A stretch of 61,629 nucleotides of DNA, the filler included, from Chiloscyllium plagiosum (lineage: Eukaryota): assembly GCF_004010195.1 (NCBI RefSeq). It is 5 parts of one record of this genome, joined end to end, with 100 filler letters (N's around TTAATTAATTAA, not from the genome) between each part and the next. Parts side by side here need not be neighbours in the genome. Positions count along the whole stretch, not along the records: positions 37,637 to 45,211 come from NC_057715.1; positions 45,312 to 55,360 come from NC_057715.1; 3 more parts are not named here. One strand, 5' to 3'. Of the stretch, positions 37,537 through 49,953 are shown piece by piece. Position 1 is the first letter of the stretch; each line of letters starts with the position of its first letter. Made by a program: the position numbers and the translations under genes. The notes under the pieces were generated by a model. It had not been told where the DNA came from. It ran no database searches and saw only the letters and a program-made list of their open reading frames with translations.

Positions 37537-38230
37537 NNNNNNNNNNNNNNNNNNNNNNNNNNNNNNNNNNNNNNNNNNNNTTAATTAATTAANNNNNNNN
37601 NNNNNNNNNNNNNNNNNNNNNNNNNNNNNNNNNNNNTCTCTGATGGTTTGATCCTGTGCAGTGTTGGTCTTTGAAGTTCTGCTGATGAAGAGTTCCGGAG
37701 TTGGATTCTTATACAGTTTTTCCATCTTCATGATTATGGTGTGACATTATTGATGACCTTCTGCATTCTTTCATCTAAAATATGCATTTCTCATCTGGAG
37801 ACCTTGAGTCTGCAGCTTCCTTCCTTATCAGAAATAACTCCACTGTTCCTTGTTACATTTAGCTGTAACTATCTGCTTGAAAGCACAGCATGTCTTTCAA
37901 GTTCTTCAGCATTCAATCATCTGTCCTTGTGGCACAAGGTAGACAGTTACCATGTTGGTGTCCAAACAATTTTGTTTATGTAGCCTTGACTCCTCCCTTT
38001 CCCAGGTTTGGCTAATGGCTTTCAATTCCCTCAGTAACAGCCTGTCATTGCCTCTTAACAGCTTATTCCAGACAGAAATATTGCTGATCACCTTGTGTGT
38101 AACAATTTATCCTTACTGATTTTTTTCAATTCGTGAATAGTTATCAAACTTCTGAAGTTTATAATATCATACTACTGTGACGTCTCCATCCCTCAGTCAC
38201 CTTGATAAGCATTTATTTGTTACCCGATAG

Positions 38231-38342
38231 GTCTCGCTTGTGGCTACTGGCCCCCTGACCAACATTGCTCTGGCATTTAAGATGGACCGCACCTTTCCAT
38301 CGAAGTTAAAGCATCTGTACATCATGGGAGGAAACATGGAAA
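38231..38342 (+). CDS. Inosine-uridine-preferring nucleoside hydrolase-like gene, internal exon
   Basis: cgatag|...|gtatgc. Encodes VSLVATGPLTNIALAFKMDRTFPSKLKHLYIMGGNME(S), with the IU-NH hallmark motifs GPLTN.A and MGG. Confidence 0.92.
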
Positions 38343-38489
38343 GTATGCTGAAGAGCTAACTGCATCATTCTGTTTATTGTGGATCACATCACACCTGACC
38401 CTGACTAAATTCTCACCTGATATTGAATGTATATGCTTACAATAATTCATGCTTGTGAATCATTTTGGGAAAGCAAATCTTAGCAGGAC

Positions 38490-39243
38490 TTATATACTTA
38501 ATGGTGAGGTCCTAGGGTTGTTGCTGAACAAAGAAACCTCGGAGTGCAGGTTCATAGCTCCTTGAAAGTGGAGTCGCAGGTAGGTAGGATAGTGAAGAAG
38601 GCGTTTGGTATGCTTTCCTTTATTGGTCAGAGTATTGAGTGCAGGAGTTGGGAGGTCATGTTGCGGCTGTACAGAACATTGGTTAGGCCACTCTTGGAAT
38701 ATTGCATGCAATTCTGGTCTCCTTCCTATCGGAAAGATGTTGTGAAACTTGAAAGGGTTCAGAAAAGCTTTACAAGGATAATGCCAGGGTTGGAGGATTT
38801 GAGCTATAGAGAGAGTCTGAACAGGCTGAGGCTGTTTTCCCTCGAGTGTTGGAGGCTGAGGGGTGACCTCATAGAGGTTTATAATATCATGAGGGGCATG
38901 GATTGGATAAATAGACAAATTCTATCCCCTGGGGTGGGGGAGTCCAGAACTAGAGGGGATAGGTTTAGGGTGAGAGGAGAAAGATACAACAAAGACCTAT
39001 GGGGCAACTTTTTCAATTAGAGGATGGTACATGTATGGAAAGGGATGCCAGAGGAAATGGTGGAGGCTGGTACAATTGCAACATTTAAGAGGCATCTGGA
39101 TGGGTATATGAATAGAAAAGGTTTGGAGGGATATGGATTGGATGCTGGTAGGTGGGACTAGATTGGGTTGGGATATCTGGTTGGCATGGACGGGTTGGAC
39201 CGAAGGGTCTGTTTCCGTGCTGTTCATGTCTGTGACTCTATGT
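38490..39243 (+). mobile_element. CR1 LINE 3' fragment (young-looking) in a nucleoside hydrolase intron
   Basis: ORF 38544-39020 (LYRTLVRPLLEYCMQFWSP..KDVVKLERVQK). Confidence 0.9.
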
Positions 39244-39919
39244 CCTATTTACAGTGCTTTGCTGATTGATGTAAGAAAATAACCAGAGCAAAACAGAGAT
39301 CCAAGCTGATCATTTCCTGCAGCCCTTCATGTGTCCACTCATTCAATGAGTCATTGGGGAAACTCAGGAAATAACATTTTCTGGATCAGAGCATAGGACA
39401 TTTATATTGTGTACACATTGATTCTGTATTCCTGTTGTATATAATTTTCCTAATGTCTTGACTATTGTGTAGTAATCCATTTTCATTTTTTCTCCCTCAA
39501 CTTTGTCTCACCCACGCTCATTATCTTGTATCTCTACAATGTCTTTGAACCATGTTATCATACTGAACTGACAGCAGATTCCTATGTTAGTAACCTACAT
39601 CTGGAAGAACAGTATTACTGCAGATAGTAGTTTTACAACTTTGTCCTGCCTTAAATACCTTCTAGATTTTGTGGCATTAAGCATTCTTATAAGCATTCTG
39701 AGCAGTTTTATGATTTGATTCCTTTTGCCCTGCATCACCTTCTAAGACAGCATGTTCCAAATATTGCGGTAGCACCTGTTTGTATCGTTTACATGAAAGT
39801 GGTCTGATAGCATACTCAGGCAGAAGAAACTTAACACAAATCAACTATTTTATAGTCAATTTTTTCAATCAATACAACTGCAGATATGAACACAAAATAC
39901 TGAGTATATTACACTGCTA

Positions 39920-40126
39920 GGAGAAAGTGAGGACTCCAGATGCTGGAGATCAGAGCTGAAAATGTGTTGCTGGAAAAGCGCAGCAGGTCAGGCAGCATCC
40001 AAGGAGCAGGAGATTCCTGGGCAACCAAGGACATTCCTGAAGAAGGGCTCATGCGCGAAACATCGATTCTCCTGCTCCTTGGATGCTGCCTGACCTGCAG
40101 CACTTTTCCAGCAACACATTTTCAGC
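39920..40126. mobile_element. Fold-back Penelope-derived mini-insertion with a hammerhead motif
   Basis: 15-bp TSD TATATTACACTGCTA (39905-39919 / 40127-40141). Inverted arms. CCTGAAGAAGGGCTCATGCGCGAAACATC at about 40036-40064. Confidence 0.82.
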
Positions 40127-40478
40127 TATATTACACTGCTACCCTATCAATGTGCTGCCATACCTTACGGGCTTAGCCTGATCAAGTTTAAAATCTTCAA
40201 AGTGAAGTTGATTTCAGGAGTAGAATTTTGGAACCAATGCTGCACCAAACTGTCTCAATGGAAACATTTTCAGAATTTCTGAAATGTGACGATGGTGTCA
40301 TTGTGTATTTGATTTCTTAAAGTATGTGCATTTTATATTTGGCTGTTCACAATTCCAACAATGTTGACATTTATCGATCAATGCCAAGCATTTATTTTCC
40401 CCGTGCTGCTAAATGTGCCTGGATTAGGAAACTCTTCACGTGATGAATTAATTTCATTTCATGTTTTATCTTTGACAG

Positions 40479-40615
40479 GCAGGGGGAATGTGGCGATCTG
40501 TTCTGAGTTTAACTTTGCAGCAGATCCTGAAGCAGCTTATATTGTCTTGAATCACTTTGCTTGTCCCATGTATATTGCAACTTGGGAATATTGCCTTCGC
40601 CATGTGCTACCTTGG
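40479..40615 (+). CDS. Nucleoside hydrolase-like gene, internal exon
   Basis: tttgacag|...|gtaagc. Encodes (S)RGNVAICSEFNFAADPEAAYIVLNHFACPMYIATWEYCLRHVLPW, with the GN...EFN...DPEAA signature. Phase matches the previous exon. Confidence 0.93.
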
Positions 40616-40717
40616 GTAAGCTGTTGAGAAACATTACCTTTAATATAAAATCACGATCATTGAATGCATATTGTTGCGGAAACTCTTATTTATATAAATA
40701 TATTTAATATAGTTTAT

Positions 40718-41571
40718 TGTAAATTCGGATTTTTGTCTTTGTTTGTAATGTGTGAATTTTCGGTGTGTTTGAAGTTCATAATTAACTGTGGCCAAGATGA
40801 TTCTTTTCAAAACATATTCAAGGCCTAGCTTTCAAACTCATGGGGTTTTCTGCATCTTGGTAGGATTTATGACCTCACAAGAATATCAAGCTCCATTTAG
40901 AAGGAGAGTTTGATTTTCAAGTTTAAGGAAAACAGCCATAGCTTAGAGAAAGTATTTTTTAAACTTCACTTGGAATTTTGAATATTCCTCTGAAGTTCTT
41001 AGATGAAGATTGCTGTATAACCTAAAATTGTTGTATAAAACAATGCTCTTGAAATGGAAGGGTGGTACTAGATATTTTTAGAGTAAAGAATTAATTATAG
41101 ATCAAAATTGTTGGGATAAAGTCCTGAAGAAGTTACTTAAAGTAAAGTATATTTAATTTCACATGTACAGTAACTCCAGGAGGAAGCTACTTGCAGTTCC
41201 AGTCTTTAAATTAAACCAAGCAAGAAATCAGAGGCAGAGACACTGGTGTCAGTCCTTTTGAGATTTTGAATATTATACAGAAGCTATTCCTTTTTCCTTT
41301 CATTTTATAAAGGTTGAGTTTTGGGAGTAATGGAATTATACTTTGTGTGTTTAAAGATCTTTGAGTTTGTGTTATATATTAACAGCCTGATTTATTCTAT
41401 TTTATTTTAGTTTTCTTTTGTTAGTAAAATTATTTTTTATTGTTAAAGGAAAATCTGTAGCTTTGTGTATTTGTATTCCAGTGGGAGACCACTTGTTAGA
41501 ATCAAAACAAATTGAAATGTTATCTATCAAGCCAAGTTTTAATCTGGGATCTGGCTTAACTAGTCATAACA
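40718..41571 (+). mobile_element. Possible solo LTR
   Basis: TGTAAA...ATAACA termini and LTR-like composition. No TSD found. Confidence 0.3.
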
Positions 41572-43135
41572 ATGCAGACATCTTTTGATTTGGAAAGTGG
41601 CTAAATTGCTGACAAACATGAGATGCATCCCAGGTGAAAGTAATGTGCTGTGCTGTAGAGACCAGTTTTCCCTGCTGGTTTTCATTAACCTAAAGAGAGG
41701 AAAAGCAAAGTCATGCTGCCACAAGGTACTTACACCAAATAACAGAATGATGGGATCTTAGGAGTGAATTGCCAGGCTTCAGTATAGTGTACAATAATTC
41801 AAACAAATGGTAAAATTTGCATCTGGAGGGAAATGCAGGTGTTTCAATGCACCATATGTTTATTGTTAATCTCAGAGAAACTTAGAACAAGTCAGTGTCT
41901 GGGATCCTCAGAGGTAAGCCATCCAGGGATCAGAATAGAACATTATAGGGCATATTTCTCCAAAGAACCATCAGGGAGAGATTCGTTTTAAAACACTAGA
42001 TATTCTCTGTTAGATTTTTGGCCCTTGACTTCTGAAGTGTTTGATTGGATTTATCAATCCTGTGACGTTTCGCATCTGTAGGTTTATTAAATATTATAAC
42101 ATGAAGGTTTCAATGTGGTGTTTTTAATGATCCTTGATTTATTCAATACAAAATGCCTTGAGTAAGGAAAGACGTTCCTGTGCCTAACCAGAAAATGTTT
42201 CTTAATCCCACTGTCCTTTCATTTGCATGATTGGTCTGACACTCAGAAGCTGAGCAGATAACTTGTTCACATGGAATCACTTGAGTGCCATTGTCCTGTC
42301 AGCTCGCCTGCTTTCACCAACCTATCCAACTCCCTATGATCTCCTATAATCCTCTTAAAAACCTTTTGACCCATCCCAATATCTCCTTCTTTAGCTCAGC
42401 ATTCATTCTTTCCACATACATCTACAAACTATCCTGAGATATTGCTATCTATATTAAAAGCACTATATTAAGCAAATGTATTTTTGTTAAATTGAGTTTC
42501 GTTATGATATTTCATGGAAGGAGGCCATTTGGTTCTTTATATTCATGCCAGCTCTTTGACAGTACTACATTGATGGTAGAAGCTGCTACTCCTGCTTGTG
42601 GTTGCTCATTTCCAAAGCAATCGCTGACATTGAGAGTTCAGGACGGGAAAGCATTGAAAACACTGGCAACTCAGCCCCATTGGGACCCAAAATATCACCC
42701 CATCAGAGCTGCAGCTTCAGGCTGCAAATGGATCTGGACCATGAACATCTGATCAAGTTCAGTAGAGAGGGAAGAGTGGGAGAGTCGGGGAGTGAGCGGT
42801 CAGAGGGTGAGTTAGGGAGTGGCAAGGGCCACACGTCCGAGGATTAGTAGCTGACAAGTCACAAGCAGATGATTGTCACCTAGAGAATAGGTTTGAGATA
42901 GGACGCACTGCTGTAGAATGACTGGCAACAAGTGGGGTGTCAGGAAGCCGGAGAGGTTACATCACAATGGCACTGATTGTGTCGCACATCTTGATGTCAG
43001 ACTGACATGAAACAAATTTAAAATGAATCTTGCCATATTAAACAAGGATAGAGGCTCCAATAACAAATCAACATTCAAGCAAACACTGTTAAATGGAGGC
43101 CATGTTAAATGGGGACTTACTATTATTCCATCACA

Positions 43136-43835
43136 CCACCCTCAAGACACTCAAACTAAATCATCCGCCGACATTTCCGCCCCCTCCAAATGGACCCCAC
43201 CACCAGGGATATATTTCCCTCCCCACCCCTTTCCGCCTTCCGCAAAGACCGTTCCCACCGTGACTACCTGGTCAGCTCCACGTCCCCCTACAACCCATCC
43301 TCCCGTCCTGCCACCTTCCCCTGCCACTGCAGGAATTGCAAAACCTGCGCCCACACCTTCTCCCTCACCTCCATCCAAGGCCCTAAAGGAGCTTTCCACA
43401 TCCATCAAAGTTTTACCTGCACATCCACCAATATCATTTATTGTATCCGTTGCTCCCGATGCGGTCTCCTCTACATTGGGGAGACTGGACGCCTCCTAGC
43501 AGAGCGCTTTAGGGAACATCTCAGAGACACCCGCACCAATCAACCAAACCGCCCCGTGGCCCAACATTTCAACTCCCCCTCCCACTCCTGCGAGGAGGTT
43601 GAGCAATTCATCAACTTCACCAACACATTCCACCCTGACCTTAAATTTACCTGGACCATCTCTAAAGGAGCCTTCCACATCCATCAAAGTTTTACCTGCA
43701 CATCCACTAATGATGAAGGGCTTTTGCCCGAAACGTCGATTTTACTGCTTCTCAGATGCTGCCTGAATTGCTGTGCTTTTCCAGCACCACTCTAATCCTG
43801 AATCTGGTTTCCAGCATCTACCGTCATTGTTTTTA
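43136..43835 (+). mobile_element. Penelope-like element 3' part (GIY-YIG endonuclease), internally rearranged
   Basis: ORF 43190-43795 (CRNCKTC...FTCTSTNIIYCIRCSRCGLLYIGETGRLLAERFREH). Ends in the terminal repeat with a hammerhead motif. Possible 8-bp TSD CCATCACA. Confidence 0.88.
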
Positions 43836-44929
43836 CCATCACAGAACTCAATCAACTTAGTGAAACGCAATTTGCCTTTAGCAAATCTATGCTGATATTC
43901 TAAGATTATCCGATCTTTTCCAAATGCCAAATAATTTTCTCCTGGTTTATTGATTTTAAAATGACCTAGACTTAGCTGTCGAAGCTAATTTCCACCCTCT
44001 CCTCTTTTGAAAGCAGGGGTCAAGATTTGCAGTCCTTCAGTCCACTATTATCTTGCCATCCCAATCCCATATCTGAGGCTGAATGAAAGATTGTGGTTAG
44101 TGGCTTGCATTTTTTACCCTTCCTCTGTTGGATGACTGAAGGCTGCCAACATTTATGTCCAGTGTCTTTATCTGTTTTTGTCCTGTACAATTTTATTCCT
44201 GTTGCCTCTTTCTTTACCCTCACATATGCAACATTCCTTCTGTCTGCTCATCAATCATCTCATTTTGACTGACACTTCCATTGGATAGACTTTTGCTATT
44301 TATGTACTTGTAAGAAAAGTTTTGGTTCCCTTTGATGTTAACCACTAATCCGTTTCCATACACTCTGCTGTTTTATACCTTAATTTAAACCTTCCCTCCA
44401 CTTTTTCTCTGTACTTTACAATTGTCCTAGGCCTCCATTCTGTCTCTGTTTAACATCTCGGGAAAGGAGCTTTAGACGATCTTGCTTTGCCCATCTTGGG
44501 AATTTGTCTACTTGAATCATATTCTCATTGAAGGCCTTCATTGTTCAGTGAATGTTTTGCCAACTAAAGTCAGATTGCAACACACTTGCGCCAGATCTTA
44601 TTCCAACTCAGTAAATTGAGGACCCAATGTGTTTAGATGGATTTTGAGTGAGAAAGCTGATACTGTCCTAGGAGTTCATGAAGTATGGGTAACCTATTTG
44701 CATGGGAGCTAATCTGCAGTAGGGAGTAGGCAGAAATGTGTAATTGTTGCGAACCAATGGTGTGCCACAGGGATAAGTGCTGAGCCTCAAGTTTTTACAA
44801 TTTATAAAGCATGGATGAAGGCACCAAAGGAGTTGATATTAAATTCACTGATGACCAAAGGGAAAGTACATTGTGGAAAGAACATAAGGAAGGTACAAAG
44901 GAACATAACTAGGTTAAGTGAATGGGCAA

Positions 44930-45211
44930 AGCTGAAAATGTGTTGCTGGAAAAGCGCAGCAGGTCAGGCAGCATCCAGGGAACAGGAGAATCGACGTTTC
45001 GGGCATAAGCCCTTCTTCAGGAATGAGGAAAGTTTGTCCAGCTGGCTAAGCTAAAAGGTAGGGAGGAGGGACTTGGGGGAGGGGCGTCGGAAATGTGATA
45101 GGTGGAAAGAGGTCAAGGTGAGGGTGATAGGTCAGACTGGGGTGGGGGCGGAGAGGTCAGGAAGAAGATTGCAGGTTAGGAAGGCGGTGCTGAATTCGAT
45201 GGATTTGACTG
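44930..45211 (-). mobile_element. Penelope terminal repeat, truncated by the gap
   Basis: Near-identical to 55461-55617. Hammerhead motif on the minus strand at about 44989-45025. Confidence 0.8.
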
Positions 45212-45419
45212 NNNNNNNNNNNNNNNNNNNNNNNNNNNNNNNNNNNNNNNNNNNNTTAATTAATTAANNNNNNNNNNNNNNNNNNNNNNNNNNNNNNNNN
45301 NNNNNNNNNNNGAACAGCACAGCAGGTCAGGCAGCATCTAGGGAACAGAAGATTCGACGTTTCGGGCACATGTCCCTCCTCCCTACCTTTTATCTTCTCC
45401 TGCTGAACACTCTCTGCTC

Positions 45420-45455
45420 ATTCCTGAAGAAGGGCATGTGCCCGAAACATCGAAT
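45420..45455 (+). ncRNA. Minimal type-I hammerhead ribozyme motif in a Penelope terminal repeat (45312-45560)
   Basis: ATTC-CTGAAGA-A-GGGCA-TG-TGCCC-GAAAC-ATC-GAAT. Stem I ATTC/GAAT, stem II and a conserved core. The inverted partner at about 45352-45370 keeps GAAAC-GTC. Confidence 0.7.
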
Positions 45456-46131
45456 CTTCTGTTCCCTAGATGCTGCCTGACCTGCTGTGCTGTTCCAGCA
45501 ATAAAGTTTCAGCTTTGATCTCCAGCGTCTGCAGACCTCACTTTCTCCTCGAAGATTTCAACCATCCATGTCATAACACATTCTTTACTGCACATGACTG
45601 ATTGACACAAACTCTCTTGCTCCCCAGCTTGTGCCATGCCAATTCCCACACCACCACCCAAGGGTTGCACCAGGAAGCTTTTATTCATCAGGCTTCAGGC
45701 TGCCACTGGAACCAATGCATGGATCTTGTCACATATTAGCTACTGTCTGATAGCATCTTCTTACACATGTAGCAGTGCCCCTTCCAGGCGGCAGCCACTG
45801 CCTTTAGGACCTGCTCGGACAGGATTGTACTGGTCGTCTTGGGTAATGTAGGGCCTCGGCCTGTCAGCTAGGACAAGGAAGGTAGTTGGTTCAGACTGAC
45901 TTTGCTTTCCAAATCAATTACTGAATAGCAGAGTGGGCTTCAGGGGCTGAATGGTCTGCTGCGGTTCCTGTTTTGTGTGTTTGTACCAAACAGAAACAAT
46001 AGGGCAGCGTTTTGACAGAAGTAGGATATGTCCAAGCTTTAAGTGAGTTTTGTATTCCTCACTTCTTGTTACTGAACAAAAAAACAGAGTCCCACTTATA
46101 CAGATTTGTTCCTCTGCTCTTCCACACCTAC

Positions 46132-46314
46132 CTCCATCCTGTTGCAAAGTTGTAACACTCGCAGCGCATTTTTGCAAACGTTTTCAATGTTTGTGTTTCC
46201 GTGAGTACACGTTATACCCAGGATGTGTACATCAGGAGCTGCAAGAGCCATCATCATCGCTTGGGCATCATCCACCCCACAGTCAACATCTAACAGCAAC
46301 AGCTTCTTTCCCAT
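46132..46314 (-). CDS. Nucleoside hydrolase-like gene, first coding exon
   Basis: MGKKLLLLDVDCGVDDAQAMMMALAAPDVHILGITCTHGNTNIENVCKNALRVLQLCNRME|gtaggt. Has the DxDxGxDD Ca2+-binding motif and HGN. Acceptor tttcag| lies 8 nt before the ATG (exon starts 46322). Confidence 0.93.
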
Positions 46315-46499
46315 TGTACAGCCTGAAATGCAGAGCTTTTGTTTGAAAAGGCATTGCTTAACAATGTAAAGTTGAACAGTACTTGATGATTCATTGTTCG
46401 AAAATGGATACTTAAGCTAGTTGATAATTCAACCAAGCCAGCCTCCACAACCTACACCCACCCCTCCCCAGCCCAGGGCACTATTATTCCCAGACACAT

Positions 46500-47760
46500 A
46501 AACCATCTGAGTGGAGTAGGCCATTTGGCCCTTTGAGTCTGTCCTGACATTCAATAAGATCATGGCTGACCATCCAACTCAGTACCCTGCTCCTGCTTTC
46601 TCACTACATCCTTTGAATGTTTTACTAACAACTATACCTACAATTTTCTTGAAAGTCTTCATATTTTGGCCTCAGAATTCCTCAGGCTTACCTGGTGAAG
46701 AAAGTCCTCCTCATATCTGTCTTTAAAGATCCATCCTGTGTCCTAAGACTGTAACCACTGGCTCTGGACACCCTGATCATCAAGGACATCCTTCCAGCAA
46801 CTATGTTGTCTAATCTTGTTAGAAGTTTAGAGGTTTCTATGAGATCTAAACTCCAGTTAATACAGTCTTAAACCAATTCAGCATCTTGCTACCTGCCATT
46901 CCAAGGATCTGTCCGGTAAACCTCCTTCACACTCTCTCAATACCCAGAATATTCTTCCACAGATAAGGAGACCAAAAGTGCACACAGAACTCCAAGTTTG
47001 GTCTTACCAATGCCATGCACATTTGCATCAAGACATCCCCCCTCCTGCACTCAAATTCTCTCATTAACAACGCTTCATTGACCCTTCCCATTTCAGTTTG
47101 TTGCCATTGAGATAATAATCTACCTTCCTGTTTTTGCTACCAAAGTGAATAACCTCATATGTATCCACATTTTACTGTATCTGTCATATATTTGACCACT
47201 CACTTAACCTGTCCAAATCACACTGAAACTTCTTGCATCTTCCTCACACCATACAATCCCAGTCAGCTTTGTGTCATCTGAAAATTTGACACACAGTCTC
47301 CTCTTCTAAATCATTAATATACATTATGAATAGCTAGATCCAAGTACTGCTCCCTGTGATACCCCACTAGTCATTGCCTGCTACTTCGAAAAATATTTGG
47401 TTATTTCTACTGTTTCCTATCTGCCAATAATTCTTTGTCCATTTGAGCACATGACTGCCAATCCCATGTGCTTTAATCTTGCATGCCATTCTCTTAGATT
47501 GGACCTTTTCAGAAAACCTTCTGAAACCTTCTGAAAGTCCAAGTAAACCACATCCATTGGCTCCCCTTTGTCTACTCTACTATTACATCCTCACAACATT
47601 CCAGCAAATCTGTCAAGCATGGCTTCGCTTTCATAAATCCATCTATCTGATCTTATTACTATTTTACAAGTGCTCACTGTTACAAGTGCTCTGGTGTTAC
47701 ATTTATAATGGACTCTAGAATTTTTCCCACAACTCGGCTGGAATTCACTCATTCAAGTCG
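46500..47760 (-). mobile_element. CR1 LINE 3' fragment, degenerate
   Basis: Reverse-strand CR1 RT remnants (FADDTKL-like at about 47265-47285) and 3'UTR. Confidence 0.65.
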
Positions 47761-47870
47761 GTAATCTGCTGCTTTCCCTCTTCCCTCCAAGACTAGCTCA
47801 ACAGGCGAGGCGAGTCATCGCTGGAGCCTGGAGCCTGGAGCCTGGAGCAGGAACAGATTAAGCTCCGGCT

Positions 47871-48005
47871 GGGTTGGATTGTGGTCAGAACCTGGAGCGG
47901 GAGCAGAGTGAGCCCAGGCCGAATTATCGTCAGAATCTGGAGCGGGAGCAGAGTGAGTATGGGTTGGATTGTGGCCGGAACCTGGAGCAAGAGCAGAGCG
48001 AATGG
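47871..48005. repeat. Three degenerate 45-bp tandem units, with adjacent CCTGGAG repeats
   Basis: GGGTTGGATTGTGG.CAGAACCTGGAGCGGGAGCAGAGTGAG recurs at 47871, about 47916 and 47961. Confidence 0.7.
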
Positions 48006-48385
48006 GGGCTGAGCTGTTAGAGGAGTTGTGGGCTAGAGCTGGAGCAGGAGCAGAGCAAGCCAGTCGGGGGGATGAGTCCTGGAGGCGAGTCCTGGACAGA
48101 GAGGGCAGCAAGACCTTGTGTTCTGAAGCTTGGTGACCACAGACCCAGTAAAAAAGGACTATAACTTGAATATTTTAAATATACGTTTTATTCTCATTTG
48201 GACTTTTTATTCCCATGTCAGTCTACTCTTTTTTTTGCACTATTTCAATTTTATTACAACATTTAAAGTATCTGTACCTCGGTACCCTGTACCCAAGATG
48301 GTGCCAAGGAATGACAACACAAACTTTTCATTCAAGTGCACATGACAATAAAATTTATTCTAATTCTAATCCTTCACATACTTAC

Positions 48386-48510
48386 AGAAGCTTTTACTAT
48401 CCGTTTGTAAAATGCCAGTTGGACGCTCCACAGACCAGGCTCCGGAACCGTGCACTCACTCGACATCTGCATTTGTTTGCAGAGCTGCACTGAAAGCACC
48501 CGAATTTATA
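48386..48510 (-). promoter_or_regulatory. Candidate TATA promoter and 5' exon of the nucleoside hydrolase gene
   Basis: Minus-strand TATAAAT at 48510-48504, CpG-retaining unique sequence, and a strong donor |GTAAGTAT at 48385. Oriented toward the acceptor at 46322. Confidence 0.55.
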
Positions 48511-48872
48511 GCTGCTCCGTTTCTCTGGAACCGCTTAAGTCCCGTCAGTTTACACTGCTTATTCAGTTTACACAATAGAGGGTGTGGTCACACTGCCTAA
48601 AGCTAATCTTTCAATTATCCCTCACCTTTGATAATCTGCATCATCTTTAACAGACTTTGCATGGAAACTTGGAAAACATAGGTGGTGGTTAAAAGAAAAG
48701 AAATGCACATGATTTGATGAAGGTAAAAAGGTTCACTAATGTGTAATACCATTTCTCAATATATAAAAAAAACTTTAATTAACAGAAGGAAGATCAGAAG
48801 TCACATGATACCAGGTTATGGTCCACAAGTTAATTTGAAATCACAAGCTTTCAGAACGTTGCTCCCTCATTT

Positions 48873-49953
48873 TGTCACAGAGCAGAGGTCAATAGCCCTC
48901 TGATAATTAAAACCAAAACACCCACAGAATCTCCCTTCACCTATTAATCTGATAATAGAAGTGTGAAAAGTGGTACTACCGCTTACCCCCCCCAATCAGT
49001 TATAAAGGAATGGTTAAATGAAATTGTATTCTTTTACTCACTCTATAATTAACAAGTAACAATTTATTATCTAACTCCCAACAGTGAGCAAATTAACACA
49101 ATTACCAACACACCAAACAATCCCTCTCTAACTAACTACAATACTTACAGTCAGCTCTGATATAATATATGTTTCGTCAATGTGAATTGGCTTTAACACG
49201 ATTGAAGAATTTAGACTGTTATTTGTAGAATGTGAACTTTCCTTACCCATATTGGCTGTAATGCAGTTCCGGCCCCATTAGATTAAGTAGCATGGCTATT
49301 GCGTGATTTTCTTATAACACAAGATTGCACAAGAATGAAACTATGACATTTTGTCAGAATTGACTGTATTCCAGAATACCATGCTGTTCCAATAACACAG
49401 GTCCCACTTGTATAAATCCAAGTAATAAGAAAACAATAAATTAAAACATAGTCTCTCAGAGTTCACATGGAATGTGTCTTGCTGAACTTTCTGTTTCTTC
49501 TTGCATCGTCTTCCTCTGTTCAAAATGCCTTCTCAGTCATTTTCTGGTGTCAGGAATGTTACTAAGAGTGCCATATACCTTTATGAACAGATGGTGCTTT
49601 TTTTCTGAGAGCTGATAAGTTCTTTCTCTTTGGATGGCTGTTGGCTCTGTCCAATTGCCTCCATTTTTATGCCTGTGCTGACATATTAATTTCTTTACAA
49701 CTGGATTGGTTCAGGTTGTCAAAACCATCAGATTTAAATTTAATTGACTTTCAAACTGTAAGTGCTTAGTTTAAATTAATTGGCTAAATTTGAACAAACT
49801 TGTCATGCAAAATGCTGCTTGGCTGTTCGATACAAAATGTTTTAATCTGTGCACCTGCACTTTAACTGCTGTTCAGACATCTATTTTGGCTCCAAGCACC
49901 AAAAAGAACATTGTCTTTTAAAGGGACCATGCAATACTTTCCCCCATTTTACA
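48873..49953. mobile_element. Solo LTR with a nested MITE
   Basis: TGTCACA...TTTACA termini with a 4-bp TSD ATTT (48869-48872 / 49954-49957). Confidence 0.6.
49148..49366. mobile_element. Tigger-like MITE (about 220 bp)
   Basis: Imperfect TIRs CAGTCAGCTCTGATATAA / TTTTGTCAGAATTGACTG, flanked by TA. Confidence 0.7.
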
